A stretch of DNA of 64,000 nucleotides from Clostridia bacterium (lineage in GTDB: Bacteria; Bacillota; Clostridia; Oscillospirales; CAG-272), in assembly GCA_017408585.1 (NCBI GenBank), contig JAFQUJ010000016.1, positions 45,094 through 109,093 on the forward strand, read 5' to 3'. The stretch's first letter is position 1. Each line of letters opens with the position of its first letter. Both the position numbers and the translations under genes were made by a program. The notes under the pieces are model-generated. The model made no database searches, was not told the DNA's origin, and worked only from the letters and a program-made list of their open reading frames with translations. Shown piece by piece: positions 56,261-64,000 of this stretch.

Positions 56261-56576
56261 TTAGAAGAAATAACCTAAACCAGACGAAATAAATCCATTA
56301 ACAATACCAGGAGTGAAGAATCTATGTAGAGCCCTTAGGGAATTAGATTTACCAAAATGATAATGTAATCCATTTAGTTCTTTTCCACTCAGAGTAAGCG
56401 GCAACTGCAACTCCATTATCGCTCATTACTATAATTATATCACCTTGAAGATTCTTTGTAAAGTAATAATACTCAAATTGTTCTTCCGTTGGCAGATTTG
56501 GATTTTCTTTGCTTCCGTCACGATATGCCATTCCAATGGGAGCGCCTGATTCGTCATAGAAATAAGGGGTAGTTTC
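56261..56576 (-). pseudogene. RHS/YD-repeat protein 3' fragment with an internal frameshift (orphan toxin C-terminus)
   Basis: Open frame from a TAG at the repeat-A hairpin: ETTPYFYDESGAPIGMAYRDGS...EYYYFTKNLQGDIIIVMSDNGVAVAAYSEW, which is the YD-repeat pattern. It stops at 56349. The +1 frame after an A4 run continues KELNGLHYHFGKSNSLRALHRFFTPGIVNGFISSGLGYFF-stop at 56261. Confidence 0.6.
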
Positions 56577-56627
56577 CTACCCCTTATTCTTTTTTTACTG
56601 TTCAGACACAGAACCGTCTTCTGTCTG
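56561..56627 (-). repeat. island repeat, type A copy 1
   Basis: Minus strand: CAGACAGAAGACGGTTCTGTGTCTGAACAGTAAAAAAAGAATAAGGGGTAGGAAACTACCCCTTATT, with an 11 bp perfect hairpin (56561-56571 / 56578-56588). Confidence 0.8.
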
Positions 56628-56643
56628 TTTACTCTGTGTGTTC

Positions 56644-57096
56644 TTAAAACCGTGCGCCGTCGGGAGTTGGATATGTGTTTATCCAACCACAAAGATCAGT
56701 TATACCAAGTTCATTACACAAAGCCTCATACTCTTCTATTGTTAAAGAATCATATACATCTTTCGTTTCCGTATTGATTATACAGTATTTTGCCTTTTCG
56801 ATGTCCATTTTTAATATTTCTTCCTGTCTTGCATCACTGGCTAACTCAAAACGCCTTGCACACACATATTTATCATTATAAGCAAAACAAACAACATAAT
56901 TATCTATTACTTTGGAATAAGCATTACCTTTTTCATTCTTGATTCCTATTCCAATGGAATTACTGTTTGCTCTAACAATATAATAGTCATTTGGCAACTC
57001 GTATTCCCAATCAGACAGTCCTGGACTAACACAAGAAAAAAGCGAAAAGCATATTATTGCTATAATTATCAAACACAGTATATTTGTTTTTTTCAT
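56644..57096 (-). CDS. putative lipoprotein (DUF3997-like by recollection)
   Basis: MKKTNILCLIIIAIICFSLFSC has a lipobox. Start taken at the second ATG (57096), after GGTGA. Confidence 0.55.
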   Translation of the reverse strand: MKKTNILCLIIIAIICFSLFSCVSPGLSDWEYELPNDYYIVRANSNSIGIGIKNEKGNAYSKVIDNYVVCFAYNDKYVCARRFELASDARQEEILKMDIEKAKYCIINTETKDVYDSLTIEEYEALCNELGITDLCGWINTYPTPDGARF

Positions 57097-57243
57097 GGCA
57101 ATTTCACCCATAATTCTACATACAATTTCCCATATTACAAAATATCCAAACGATACAATGGATAATTTTGGTATTCTTTAATTTATTTTATCACATATTA
57201 TGTCAATTTACAAGTAATTAGAAAATTTTCGTTTAAGTACAAT

Positions 57244-57277
57244 AAAAAAGCAAGAATTGTGACAATTCTTGCTTTTT
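57244..57277 (-). terminator. terminator of tyrS
   Basis: AAAAAGCAAGAATTG-tgac-AATTCTTGCTTTTT. Confidence 0.7.
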
Positions 57278-57287
57278 GTCTTTTATT

Positions 57288-58511
57288 TTAGAGTGTTACC
57301 TTTTTATATGCCTTTTTGCCACGGCGCAAAACGAGTCCGTCGCCGATTTGCTCCTTGGTGTAGGTTGCCTTTGCGCTTGTTACCTTTTCACCGTTTACTG
57401 TTACTCCGCCTTGCTCAACTGCGCGTCTTGCCTCGCTTCTTGAAGGAACGAGCTCTGCTCTTACGAGCATTGCGAGAATGTCAACGCATCCGTCTCTGAA
57501 ATCCTCGTCGAGAAGTGCTACGCTAGGCATATTTTCGCTATCGCCCGCTGAGAAGATTGCTCTTGCGCTTGCCTGTGCCTTTTCAGCCTCCTCCTCGCCA
57601 TGAACGAGCTTTGTTAGCTCATATGCGAGAATTTCCTTTGCACGATTGAGCTGTGAGCCCTCCCACTTATCCATTGCGTCGATTTCTTCAAGTGGTAGGA
57701 AGGTGAGCATTCTTATACATTTAAGAACATCGGCATCTCCCACATTTCTCCAATATTGATAGAAGTCAAAGGGTGATGTTTTATTTGGGTCAAGCCATAC
57801 TGCGCCCGATTGGGTTTTACCCATTTTCTTGCCCTCGGAGTTGAGGAGCAATGTGATTGTCATTGCGTGCGCGTCCTTACCGAGCTTTCGTCTTATAAGC
57901 TCTGTACCACCGAGCATATTACTCCATTGGTCATCGCCACCAAACTGCATATTACAGCCATAGGTTCTAAATAGCTCCAAGAAGTCATAGCTTTGCATAA
58001 TCATGTAGTTGAATTCAAGGAAGGAGAGTCCTCTTTCCATTCTTTGCTTATAGCACTCAGCTGTGAGCATTCTATTTACGCTAAAGCAAGCGCCAACCTC
58101 GCGAAGAAGCTCTACATAATTTAGGTTAAGTAGCCAATCGGCGTTATTAACCATCATTGCCTTGCCCTCTCCAAACTCGATGAAGCGTGACATTTGCTTT
58201 TTAAAGCACTCGCAGTTATGGTCGATTGTTTCCTTAGTCATCATTGAACGCATATCCGTTCTGCCTGATGGGTCGCCTATATATGCAGTTCCGCCACCGA
58301 TAAGTGCGATTGGCTTATTGCCTGCCATTTGAAGTCTTTTCATTAAGCAAAGCGCCATGAAGTGTCCAACATGAAGGCTATCTGCAGTTGGGTCAAAGCC
58401 GATATAGAATACAGCCTTGCCATTATTTACCATTTCTCTGATTTCTTCCTCGTTTGTAACCTGAGCGATAAGCCCACGAGCAACGAGCTCTTCATAAATT
58501 TGCATTTTCAA
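57288..58511 (-). CDS. tyrS: tyrosine--tRNA ligase
   Basis: 407 aa. HVGH (HIGH motif), KMGKT (KMSKS motif) and a C-terminal S4 domain. Confidence 0.95.
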   Translation of the reverse strand: MKMQIYEELVARGLIAQVTNEEEIREMVNNGKAVFYIGFDPTADSLHVGHFMALCLMKRLQMAGNKPIALIGGGTAYIGDPSGRTDMRSMMTKETIDHNCECFKKQMSRFIEFGEGKAMMVNNADWLLNLNYVELLREVGACFSVNRMLTAECYKQRMERGLSFLEFNYMIMQSYDFLELFRTYGCNMQFGGDDQWSNMLGGTELIRRKLGKDAHAMTITLLLNSEGKKMGKTQSGAVWLDPNKTSPFDFYQYWRNVGDADVLKCIRMLTFLPLEEIDAMDKWEGSQLNRAKEILAYELTKLVHGEEEAEKAQASARAIFSAGDSENMPSVALLDEDFRDGCVDILAMLVRAELVPSRSEARRAVEQGGVTVNGEKVTSAKATYTKEQIGDGLVLRRGKKAYKKVTL

Positions 58512-58531
58512 TTCCTCTTTTAATGATTTTT

Positions 58532-58565
58532 TATGTTCTATGATATTTTAACAAATATATATTAT
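58532..58565 (-). promoter_or_regulatory. sigma70-like promoter directly upstream of tyrS
   Basis: Minus strand in the 67 bp gap reads TTGACA, aaataatatatatttgt (17 nt), TAAAAT. This leaves only ~35 nt of 5'UTR. Coordinates are approximate. Confidence 0.5.
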
Positions 58566-58578
58566 TTTGTCAAGTGTT

Positions 58579-59016
58579 TTATTTTAGGGCGAGCATTTTA
58601 TTTCTAAATTCAATATCGTGAGTTATCTCCTTGCCAAACCATTTGGGAATTTCAAGTGAGATTGCGTCCGCTTCGCTTTCGAATTCGATTTCGCACACGA
58701 CAAGCCCGTCATGCTTGCCCTTATATATATCAAGCTCGATTATGTGGCTTTTATACGGAATACAGTATCTCGTTTTTTCTATTATTCTGCCCTCGCTACG
58801 ATTTACGCCATCAAGGTATTCTTCTTTTGTGATTTCCCACTCGTTTTCCTCTCTTATCATAGCGCCCTCGCCCTTTTCGGTACGATAGTAGCGATTGCCT
58901 CTTTTACGCACGCGTATCTCGGGATTTATGCTGATATAGGCTTGGGTGATTTCGTCAAATTCCAGCCCTTCAAGGCTTGGAATTTCGCCAACTAAAAACT
59001 TTCTTTCTATTTCCAT
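58579..59016 (-). CDS. CYTH-domain protein (triphosphate tunnel metalloenzyme)
   Basis: 145 aa. N-terminal MEIERKFLV (ExExK signature). Confidence 0.8.
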   Translation of the reverse strand: MEIERKFLVGEIPSLEGLEFDEITQAYISINPEIRVRKRGNRYYRTEKGEGAMIREENEWEITKEEYLDGVNRSEGRIIEKTRYCIPYKSHIIELDIYKGKHDGLVVCEIEFESEADAISLEIPKWFGKEITHDIEFRNKMLALK

Positions 59017-59126
59017 TTTGCATCTCCTTTTTGGCTTTCTTATATATTATCATATTTTTAGGCTTTTTTGTTGATTTTTAAAAAAATGTGTAGTAAAATT
59101 TAATTATCAAGCACAAAGGAGCATTT

Positions 59127-60116
59127 ATGATTACTTTAAATTCGATTTTTTCATCTAATATGATTTTGCAGGCAAACCGCCCTGTCAGATTTTTTGGCGA
59201 GGGCAAGGGAGAGGTGGCAATTACCCTTGACGGAGTGCGAAAAACAGCCACATCACGCGACAAATGGCTAATTGAGTTCGACGCCTTCGGGTATGGTGGG
59301 CCTTACGATATTACGGTGGAGCTTGACGGGGTATTCAGCGTTTTGCGTAATGTATATTTTGGCGATGTAATTTTACTTGGTGGTCAGTCGAATATGCAGT
59401 TTAAGCTTTGGCAGTCAAGCGAGCCTAAGGAAAATTACAGGGGCAACAAGAATGTGCGTCTGTTTACTGTTGACAGAATGGAAATGAGCGAGGAGCACTT
59501 TTCAAGTCGTGATGGTTGGGTTGAGCTTACTCTCGAGAATGCGCCTCATTTTAGTGCTATCGGCTATTATGTGGCACAGGGCTTGGCTACTGACGACAGA
59601 AAAATCGGTCTTATTGCCTGCTATCAGGGTGCTTCGGTTATCCAAAGCTGGATGCCAAGAGAGGTTGCGCTCGTGCCTGAGTTTGAGATTGAAAATCGCT
59701 TTGCAGACCACGAATGGTATCCCGTTTGGAACGATGATGCAGTGCTTTGGGAGCATATGGTTAAGAGGATTTTGCCATTTTCCCTATCGAGCGTTTTATG
59801 GTATCAGGGTGAGAGTAACGCAAGCAAGAGCGAGGCTGACATTTATCTTGACATGCTAAAAGCTATGATTTCATCTTGGAGAGAGGGTTTTGAGCACGAG
59901 GAGCTAAGGTTTATTGTTATTCAGCTAGCTGACCATCTTGACCGTGCAGGCTATGCGTGGTGGAAAATTCAAGAGGAGCAATTGAGGGCGCAAAACGAAA
60001 TTCCGTTTGTAAGAAGCGTCATTTGTCGTGATGTGTGCGATAACATTGACATTCATCCCAAGGAAAAGGATATTCTAGGCGACAGGATTTGCGAGGCGTT
60101 AAGAAATTTTAAGTAA
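59127..60116 (+). CDS. sialate O-acetylesterase-like carbohydrate esterase (SASA/DUF303)
   Basis: 329 aa. GGQSNM nucleophile block and WYQGESN block. Confidence 0.75.
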   Translation: MITLNSIFSSNMILQANRPVRFFGEGKGEVAITLDGVRKTATSRDKWLIEFDAFGYGGPYDITVELDGVFSVLRNVYFGDVILLGGQSNMQFKLWQSSEPKENYRGNKNVRLFTVDRMEMSEEHFSSRDGWVELTLENAPHFSAIGYYVAQGLATDDRKIGLIACYQGASVIQSWMPREVALVPEFEIENRFADHEWYPVWNDDAVLWEHMVKRILPFSLSSVLWYQGESNASKSEADIYLDMLKAMISSWREGFEHEELRFIVIQLADHLDRAGYAWWKIQEEQLRAQNEIPFVRSVICRDVCDNIDIHPKEKDILGDRICEALRNFK

Positions 60117-60220
60117 TTATAAAAAATATATTAAAAAGTATAAAAAGGTATTGCAAAATTGGGATTTTTTTGCTATACTATAATCGATTAAAAATTTTTT
60201 TAAGAAAGAGGTATTTCAAA

Positions 60221-62023
60221 ATGAAATTTGAAAACAAGGCTCTTACCGACAGCAAGCTAATACTTGACTGGATCGAGGAAATGGCTAATTTAACACAGCC
60301 TGACAAAATTGTTTGGATTGATGGCTCTGAGGAGCAAACTCAAGCTCTTCGTGAGGAGGCTCTTGCCAGTGGCGAGCTTATTAAGCTCAATCAAGAGGTT
60401 CTTCCTAACTGCTATCTTCACAGAACAGCTGTAAACGATGTTGCTCGTGTAGAGGGTAGAACATTTATTTGTACAAGAACTAAGGAGGATGCCGGCAATA
60501 TCAACAACTGGATGGATCCTGTTGAGTGCTATGAGAAGCTCGGCAAGCTTTACAAGGGCTCAATGAAGGGTCGCACTATGTATGTTATCCCTTATGCTAT
60601 GGGTCAGGTTGGTTCTGATTTTGCAAAGTATGGTATTGAGCTTACAGACTCAATTTATGTTGTACTTAATATGCTCATTATGACAAGAGCCGGCGCAAAT
60701 GTTGCTGAGGCTATGGGCGATGGCGAGGGCTTTATTAAGGGTCTTCACGCTCGTGCTGACATTGACGAGGAAAATCGTTATATCTGCCACTTCCCAGAGG
60801 ATAACACCATTTGGTCTATCAACTCCGGTTATGGTGGAAATGTTCTTCTTGGAAAGAAGTGCTTCGCTCTTCGTATTGCTTCTTACCTTGGTAGAAAAGA
60901 GGGTTGGATGGCTGAGCATATGCTTATTCTCGGCGTTCAATATCCTAATGGTGAAACAAAGTACATTAGCGCTGCGTTCCCATCTGCTTGCGGTAAGACT
61001 AACCTTGCTATGCTTATTCCACCGGAATATTATTCAAAGAAGGGCTACAAGGTTTGGTGCGTAGGTGACGATATTGCTTGGCTAAGAGTTGGCAAGGACG
61101 GCAGACTATGGGCTATCAACCCCGAAAACGGATTCTTCGGTGTTGCTCCCGGTACAAACGAAAAGTCCAATCCTAATGCTCTCCACACAACTATGAGAGA
61201 TACAATCTTCACAAATGTTGGTCTTAACACTGATACAATGACAGTTTGGTGGGAGGGTCTTGACGATAACGCTCCTGAGCATTGCATCAACTGGAAGGGC
61301 GAGGTTTGGGACAGAACCAAGTACAACAAGGCTGACAAGGTTAACACAAGCGCTGCTCATCCTAACTCAAGATTTACTGCTATGGCTAAGAACTGCCCTT
61401 GCATTTCATCTGAGTTTGACAATCCGGCAGGCGTTCCAATTTCTGCTATCGTATTCGGTGGTCGTCGCGCAAAGACTGCTCCACTTGTATATCAATCATT
61501 CAACTGGCAACACGGTGCGTTTGTAGGCTCTATTATGGCATCTGAGACTACTGCAGCTGCTGCAGGCGCTGTTGGTGTTGTTCGTCGTGACCCAATGGCT
61601 ATGCGTCCATTCGTTGGCTACAACATGGGTGACTACTTCCAGCATTGGCTTGATATGGGACACAAGATTCCTAACGCTCCAAAGATTTTCCATGTTAACT
61701 GGTTTAGAACAGATGACGAGGGTCACTTCATTTGGCCGGGATTTGGTGATAATATGAGAGTTCTTGACTGGATTCTCGCTCGTTGCGAGGATAAGGTTGA
61801 TGCTCGCGAGACTGCTATCGGTTATATTCCTTATGCTGAGGATATCAACATTGAGGGTCTTGACATTGATGTTGCTACAATCGAGGGTCTTCTCAGCGTT
61901 GACAAGGCTTCGTGGCTTGAGGATGTTGAAAACATCAAGGCGTTCTACGCTCAGGTTGGCGACAGAGTTCCTCAAACTATGTATGATGAGCTCTCTGCTC
62001 TCGAGGCTAGACTTTCAAAGTAA
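60221..62023 (+). CDS. pck: phosphoenolpyruvate carboxykinase (GTP)
   Basis: 600 aa. FPSACGKTN kinase-1a P-loop, GDDIAW, NWFR. ATG at 60221 follows AAGAGG. Confidence 0.9.
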   Translation: MKFENKALTDSKLILDWIEEMANLTQPDKIVWIDGSEEQTQALREEALASGELIKLNQEVLPNCYLHRTAVNDVARVEGRTFICTRTKEDAGNINNWMDPVECYEKLGKLYKGSMKGRTMYVIPYAMGQVGSDFAKYGIELTDSIYVVLNMLIMTRAGANVAEAMGDGEGFIKGLHARADIDEENRYICHFPEDNTIWSINSGYGGNVLLGKKCFALRIASYLGRKEGWMAEHMLILGVQYPNGETKYISAAFPSACGKTNLAMLIPPEYYSKKGYKVWCVGDDIAWLRVGKDGRLWAINPENGFFGVAPGTNEKSNPNALHTTMRDTIFTNVGLNTDTMTVWWEGLDDNAPEHCINWKGEVWDRTKYNKADKVNTSAAHPNSRFTAMAKNCPCISSEFDNPAGVPISAIVFGGRRAKTAPLVYQSFNWQHGAFVGSIMASETTAAAAGAVGVVRRDPMAMRPFVGYNMGDYFQHWLDMGHKIPNAPKIFHVNWFRTDDEGHFIWPGFGDNMRVLDWILARCEDKVDARETAIGYIPYAEDINIEGLDIDVATIEGLLSVDKASWLEDVENIKAFYAQVGDRVPQTMYDELSALEARLSK

Positions 62024-62036
62024 TTTGAATTAATTT

Positions 62037-62066
62037 AAAATCACCGCTTGAAAAAGCGGTGATTTT
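62037..62066 (+). terminator. terminator of pck
   Basis: AAAATCACCGCTT-gaaa-AAGCGGTGATTTT. Confidence 0.7.
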
Positions 62067-62080
62067 CATCTATAAGTTAA

Positions 62081-62110
62081 AATGGGACAAGAAATCTCGT
62101 CCCATTTTGT
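62081..62110 (-). terminator. terminator of LRR gene 3
   Basis: AAAATGGGACaagaaatctcGTCCCATTTT. Confidence 0.6.
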
Positions 62111-62117
62111 TATTAAA

Positions 62118-63728
62118 TTATACTATTTCAAGCGTACCATTGATTGTTTTAAGGGTTGTTATTCCTTTTTTCTTTGCTACATTATAAAGCGTAACAACCT
62201 CAAGGTTAACTCCGCCTACCGACTTTTCTTGATAGTAGGTTGAATCCTTTTCCGCTTGAACGAAGGTATAGCCCTCGTCATTCTTTACATAAAGCGCCAT
62301 TGCAAGATTTAGGCTTTGAGCATTTTCAGAGCTGAAGTTTTCAATTGCTATATTTACGATTGCATATTGAGTATCAACCTCAATTTGAATTCCCTTTCCG
62401 TCAACTACGCCTGCTTCTGTAAAGATGGTTTCGCCGATTGAGTCAGTATTAATAATTATAAGTCCAATTGATACAATTGCGTCAGGAGCGAATTCTTGAT
62501 ATTTTCCAAGCTCGATTTTATTGATTTTAAAGCCTGCGCTAAGACCGCCTGTGCCATCCTCTCTTGTGGAATATCCAATTGCTTCAAATAGCGCCGGGGT
62601 TTTGTACTCGCCCTCTTTATCAATAAGCTCTGTTCCAAGTATGCATCCTGCCTCGTTATTACAGGTTATCTTCTTTGTGCCCTGTGCGGTAAAGCCATCA
62701 GGGAATGTCCATTCTACTGTTACAGAGTGTGTCTTGCCTTCCTCTGATACTCCGCATTTTGAACAGGTAGCTCCTGTTGTACACATATGGTCATCCTCTG
62801 CGATTTCGTGTTTACCGTAAAATTCGCAGAAGGTCATAATGGTTGCCTCCCACAAAGCATTATTTGCATTCTTGTTGTTTCCACCCTGCCATATGGTTGT
62901 ATAAGAATTAATTTGATCTTCAGTGTAAACGCCTTCGGTTTTAGGAACTAGCCAAACCACGCTAAATGCCGAGGTGTTTTTGTTCCAGGTCAAGCGTGGG
63001 TCGCTTGCGTCTTCTGGGGTTATTCCCTCGTGTATATACACAACACTCTTTATATTTGAGTTGGAATTCAAGTTTTGTAAAGCAGTATTTCTAATCGTTC
63101 CTGTTGCACCCTCGTGGAATACGACCTTTTCCATGCTTGAGCAGAAGAAGTTACCTGTAAGAAGGTTGTTTTTTCCGTAGAAGTGAACCTCTTTAAGAGA
63201 TGTGCATCCACTAAGGAAGCCACCCTTAGATTGAGGCTCATATGCTCTTGCAAAGAAGCTTAGCTTTTCAAGCGCGCTCCAGCCTGCTAAGTTTCCTTGG
63301 CTACCTGCACCATCTCCGAGAACAGGTATATGGAATTCAAGCTCGGTTATTTGTGTATGCAGGCTTGTTGTCTTTGTGTCCTTGTCGGAAAGAGCATACA
63401 CGGATAGCGTTCCATTCCAGCCTGTTGAAAGTCTAACATAGCTATATTCCGCAAACTTATACACGGTGCCGTTTGAGTGTGTGAGCTCAATTGCGGGAAT
63501 TACAATTTTGGTAACGGAGGTATCGTGAAGGTAGATATACTTAAGCCTACAGTTTCCTCCTGTTTCCCATGGATTTTGAATTTCAAGCTCGTATGCGATG
63601 TCGGCGCTATCTGCCTCTACTTGCTCACCGTTGTGATTTACATATACAGCCTCAGCTGATACTGAAATTGCGAGCATACAAGCAATAGCGACTACTAATA
63701 ATGTCAACATTAAAAGTCTTTTTTTCAT
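62118..63728 (-). CDS. secreted BspA-type leucine-rich-repeat protein, paralog 3 (diverged)
   Basis: 536 aa. Signal peptide MKKRLLMLTLLVVAIACMLAISVSAE. LRR-like blocks (GCTSLKEVHF...), a Cys module (CTTGATCSKCG) and a C-terminal domain distantly similar to paralogs 1 and 2. Confidence 0.7.
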   Translation of the reverse strand: MKKRLLMLTLLVVAIACMLAISVSAEAVYVNHNGEQVEADSADIAYELEIQNPWETGGNCRLKYIYLHDTSVTKIVIPAIELTHSNGTVYKFAEYSYVRLSTGWNGTLSVYALSDKDTKTTSLHTQITELEFHIPVLGDGAGSQGNLAGWSALEKLSFFARAYEPQSKGGFLSGCTSLKEVHFYGKNNLLTGNFFCSSMEKVVFHEGATGTIRNTALQNLNSNSNIKSVVYIHEGITPEDASDPRLTWNKNTSAFSVVWLVPKTEGVYTEDQINSYTTIWQGGNNKNANNALWEATIMTFCEFYGKHEIAEDDHMCTTGATCSKCGVSEEGKTHSVTVEWTFPDGFTAQGTKKITCNNEAGCILGTELIDKEGEYKTPALFEAIGYSTREDGTGGLSAGFKINKIELGKYQEFAPDAIVSIGLIIINTDSIGETIFTEAGVVDGKGIQIEVDTQYAIVNIAIENFSSENAQSLNLAMALYVKNDEGYTFVQAEKDSTYYQEKSVGGVNLEVVTLYNVAKKKGITTLKTINGTLEIV

Positions 63729-63915
63729 AATTCTTCTCCTTGCAGGTAGCCCCTGCGGGCATAAAATTTTTCACATCAAATTATACCATAAAAGCAAACA
63801 CGCAAGTGTTTGTTAGCATCAAGGATGCGTTTTTCAAGCATATTGCGAAGAAAAACCTTTTAGCCGTCAATAAAATTACTGCAACAAGCTTGCCTTGTTG
63901 GTATAAAGTAATTTT

Positions 63916-63945
63916 ATTATACCATATATCGCATTTATTTGTCAA
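63916..63945 (-). promoter_or_regulatory. sigma70-like distal promoter of LRR gene 3
   Basis: Minus strand: TTGACA (63945-63940), 18 nt spacer, TGgTATAAT (TATAAT at 63921-63916). A second TGgTATAAT at 63788-63780 could be a proximal promoter. Confidence 0.5.
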
Positions 63946-63964
63946 TATGCACAATAAACAAATA

Positions 63965-63974
63965 CCCCCCCCCC
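63965..63974. repeat. homopolymeric tract, C10 on + strand (G10 in gene orientation)
   Basis: Counted directly. Flanked by ATATGCACAATAAACAAATA and GTTTTTTGTATATTTTGCACAAAAAT. The window ends at 64000. Confidence 0.95.
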
Positions 63975-64000
63975 GTTTTTTGTATATTTTGCACAAAAAT

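Noticed and set aside
52780-57120. Integron-like gene-cassette array, with the A/B repeats as attC sites
   Set aside because: No integrase, attI or Pc is present in the window. The repeats lack the RYYYAAC/GTTRRRY core sites and the bulged attC hairpin layout. The ORF content (RHS fragment, toxin tips, coupled small genes) fits a polymorphic-toxin orphan array better.
58512-58578. Expected T-box riboswitch upstream of tyrS
   Set aside because: The gap is only 67 bp and is occupied by a promoter and a short UTR, with no T-box motif. This is reported as an absence finding rather than as a feature.

Overview
This is a 64 kb chromosomal window from a low-GC Firmicute, probably a Clostridia-like anaerobe. 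The evidence is AGGAGG ribosome-binding sites, T-run hairpin terminators, an ntp-type V-ATPase operon and DnaD/DnaI replication genes. Most of the window is housekeeping and glycan-use genes: partial ispH, a cmk-plsC fusion, an ABC-F ATPase, a GT2/TagF teichoic-acid enzyme, azlCD, cysK, a tRNA-Leu/tRNA-fMet pair, GH38 and GH78 glycosidases, mnmA, the nine-gene V-ATPase operon, topB, rimI-tsaD, dnaD/dnaI-like genes, rplJ-rplL with the L10 leader, tyrS and GTP-PEPCK. Three regions are accessory or unusual. (1) Three paralogous BspA-type LRR secreted proteins are present, two in a ~2.09 kb tandem mosaic duplication at 25.4-29.6 kb and one at 62.1-63.7 kb. Each has a conserved upstream module in which a G10-G11 homopolymer (C-run on the + strand) lies within TGCACAAA-type inverted repeats just upstream of a sigma70-like -35. 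I read these as candidate phase-variable promoter switches, and this is my top finding. (2) An AT-rich island at 52.8-57.1 kb, between a metallophosphoesterase gene and tyrS, holds an array of degenerate orphan toxin C-terminal fragments (RHS-repeat, Ntox44-like, glycine-zipper-like). Each is coupled to a small immunity-like gene, and the cassettes are punctuated by a five-copy repeat family. (3) Two highly structured non-coding regions flank a Cys-repeat lipoprotein gene: a ~205 nt promoter-to-terminator leader or sRNA at 14.45-14.65 kb, and a repeat-rich nested-stem region at 15.5-16.0 kb. All calls rest on reading the sequence and the ORF track and on recalled family motifs. No database search was run.
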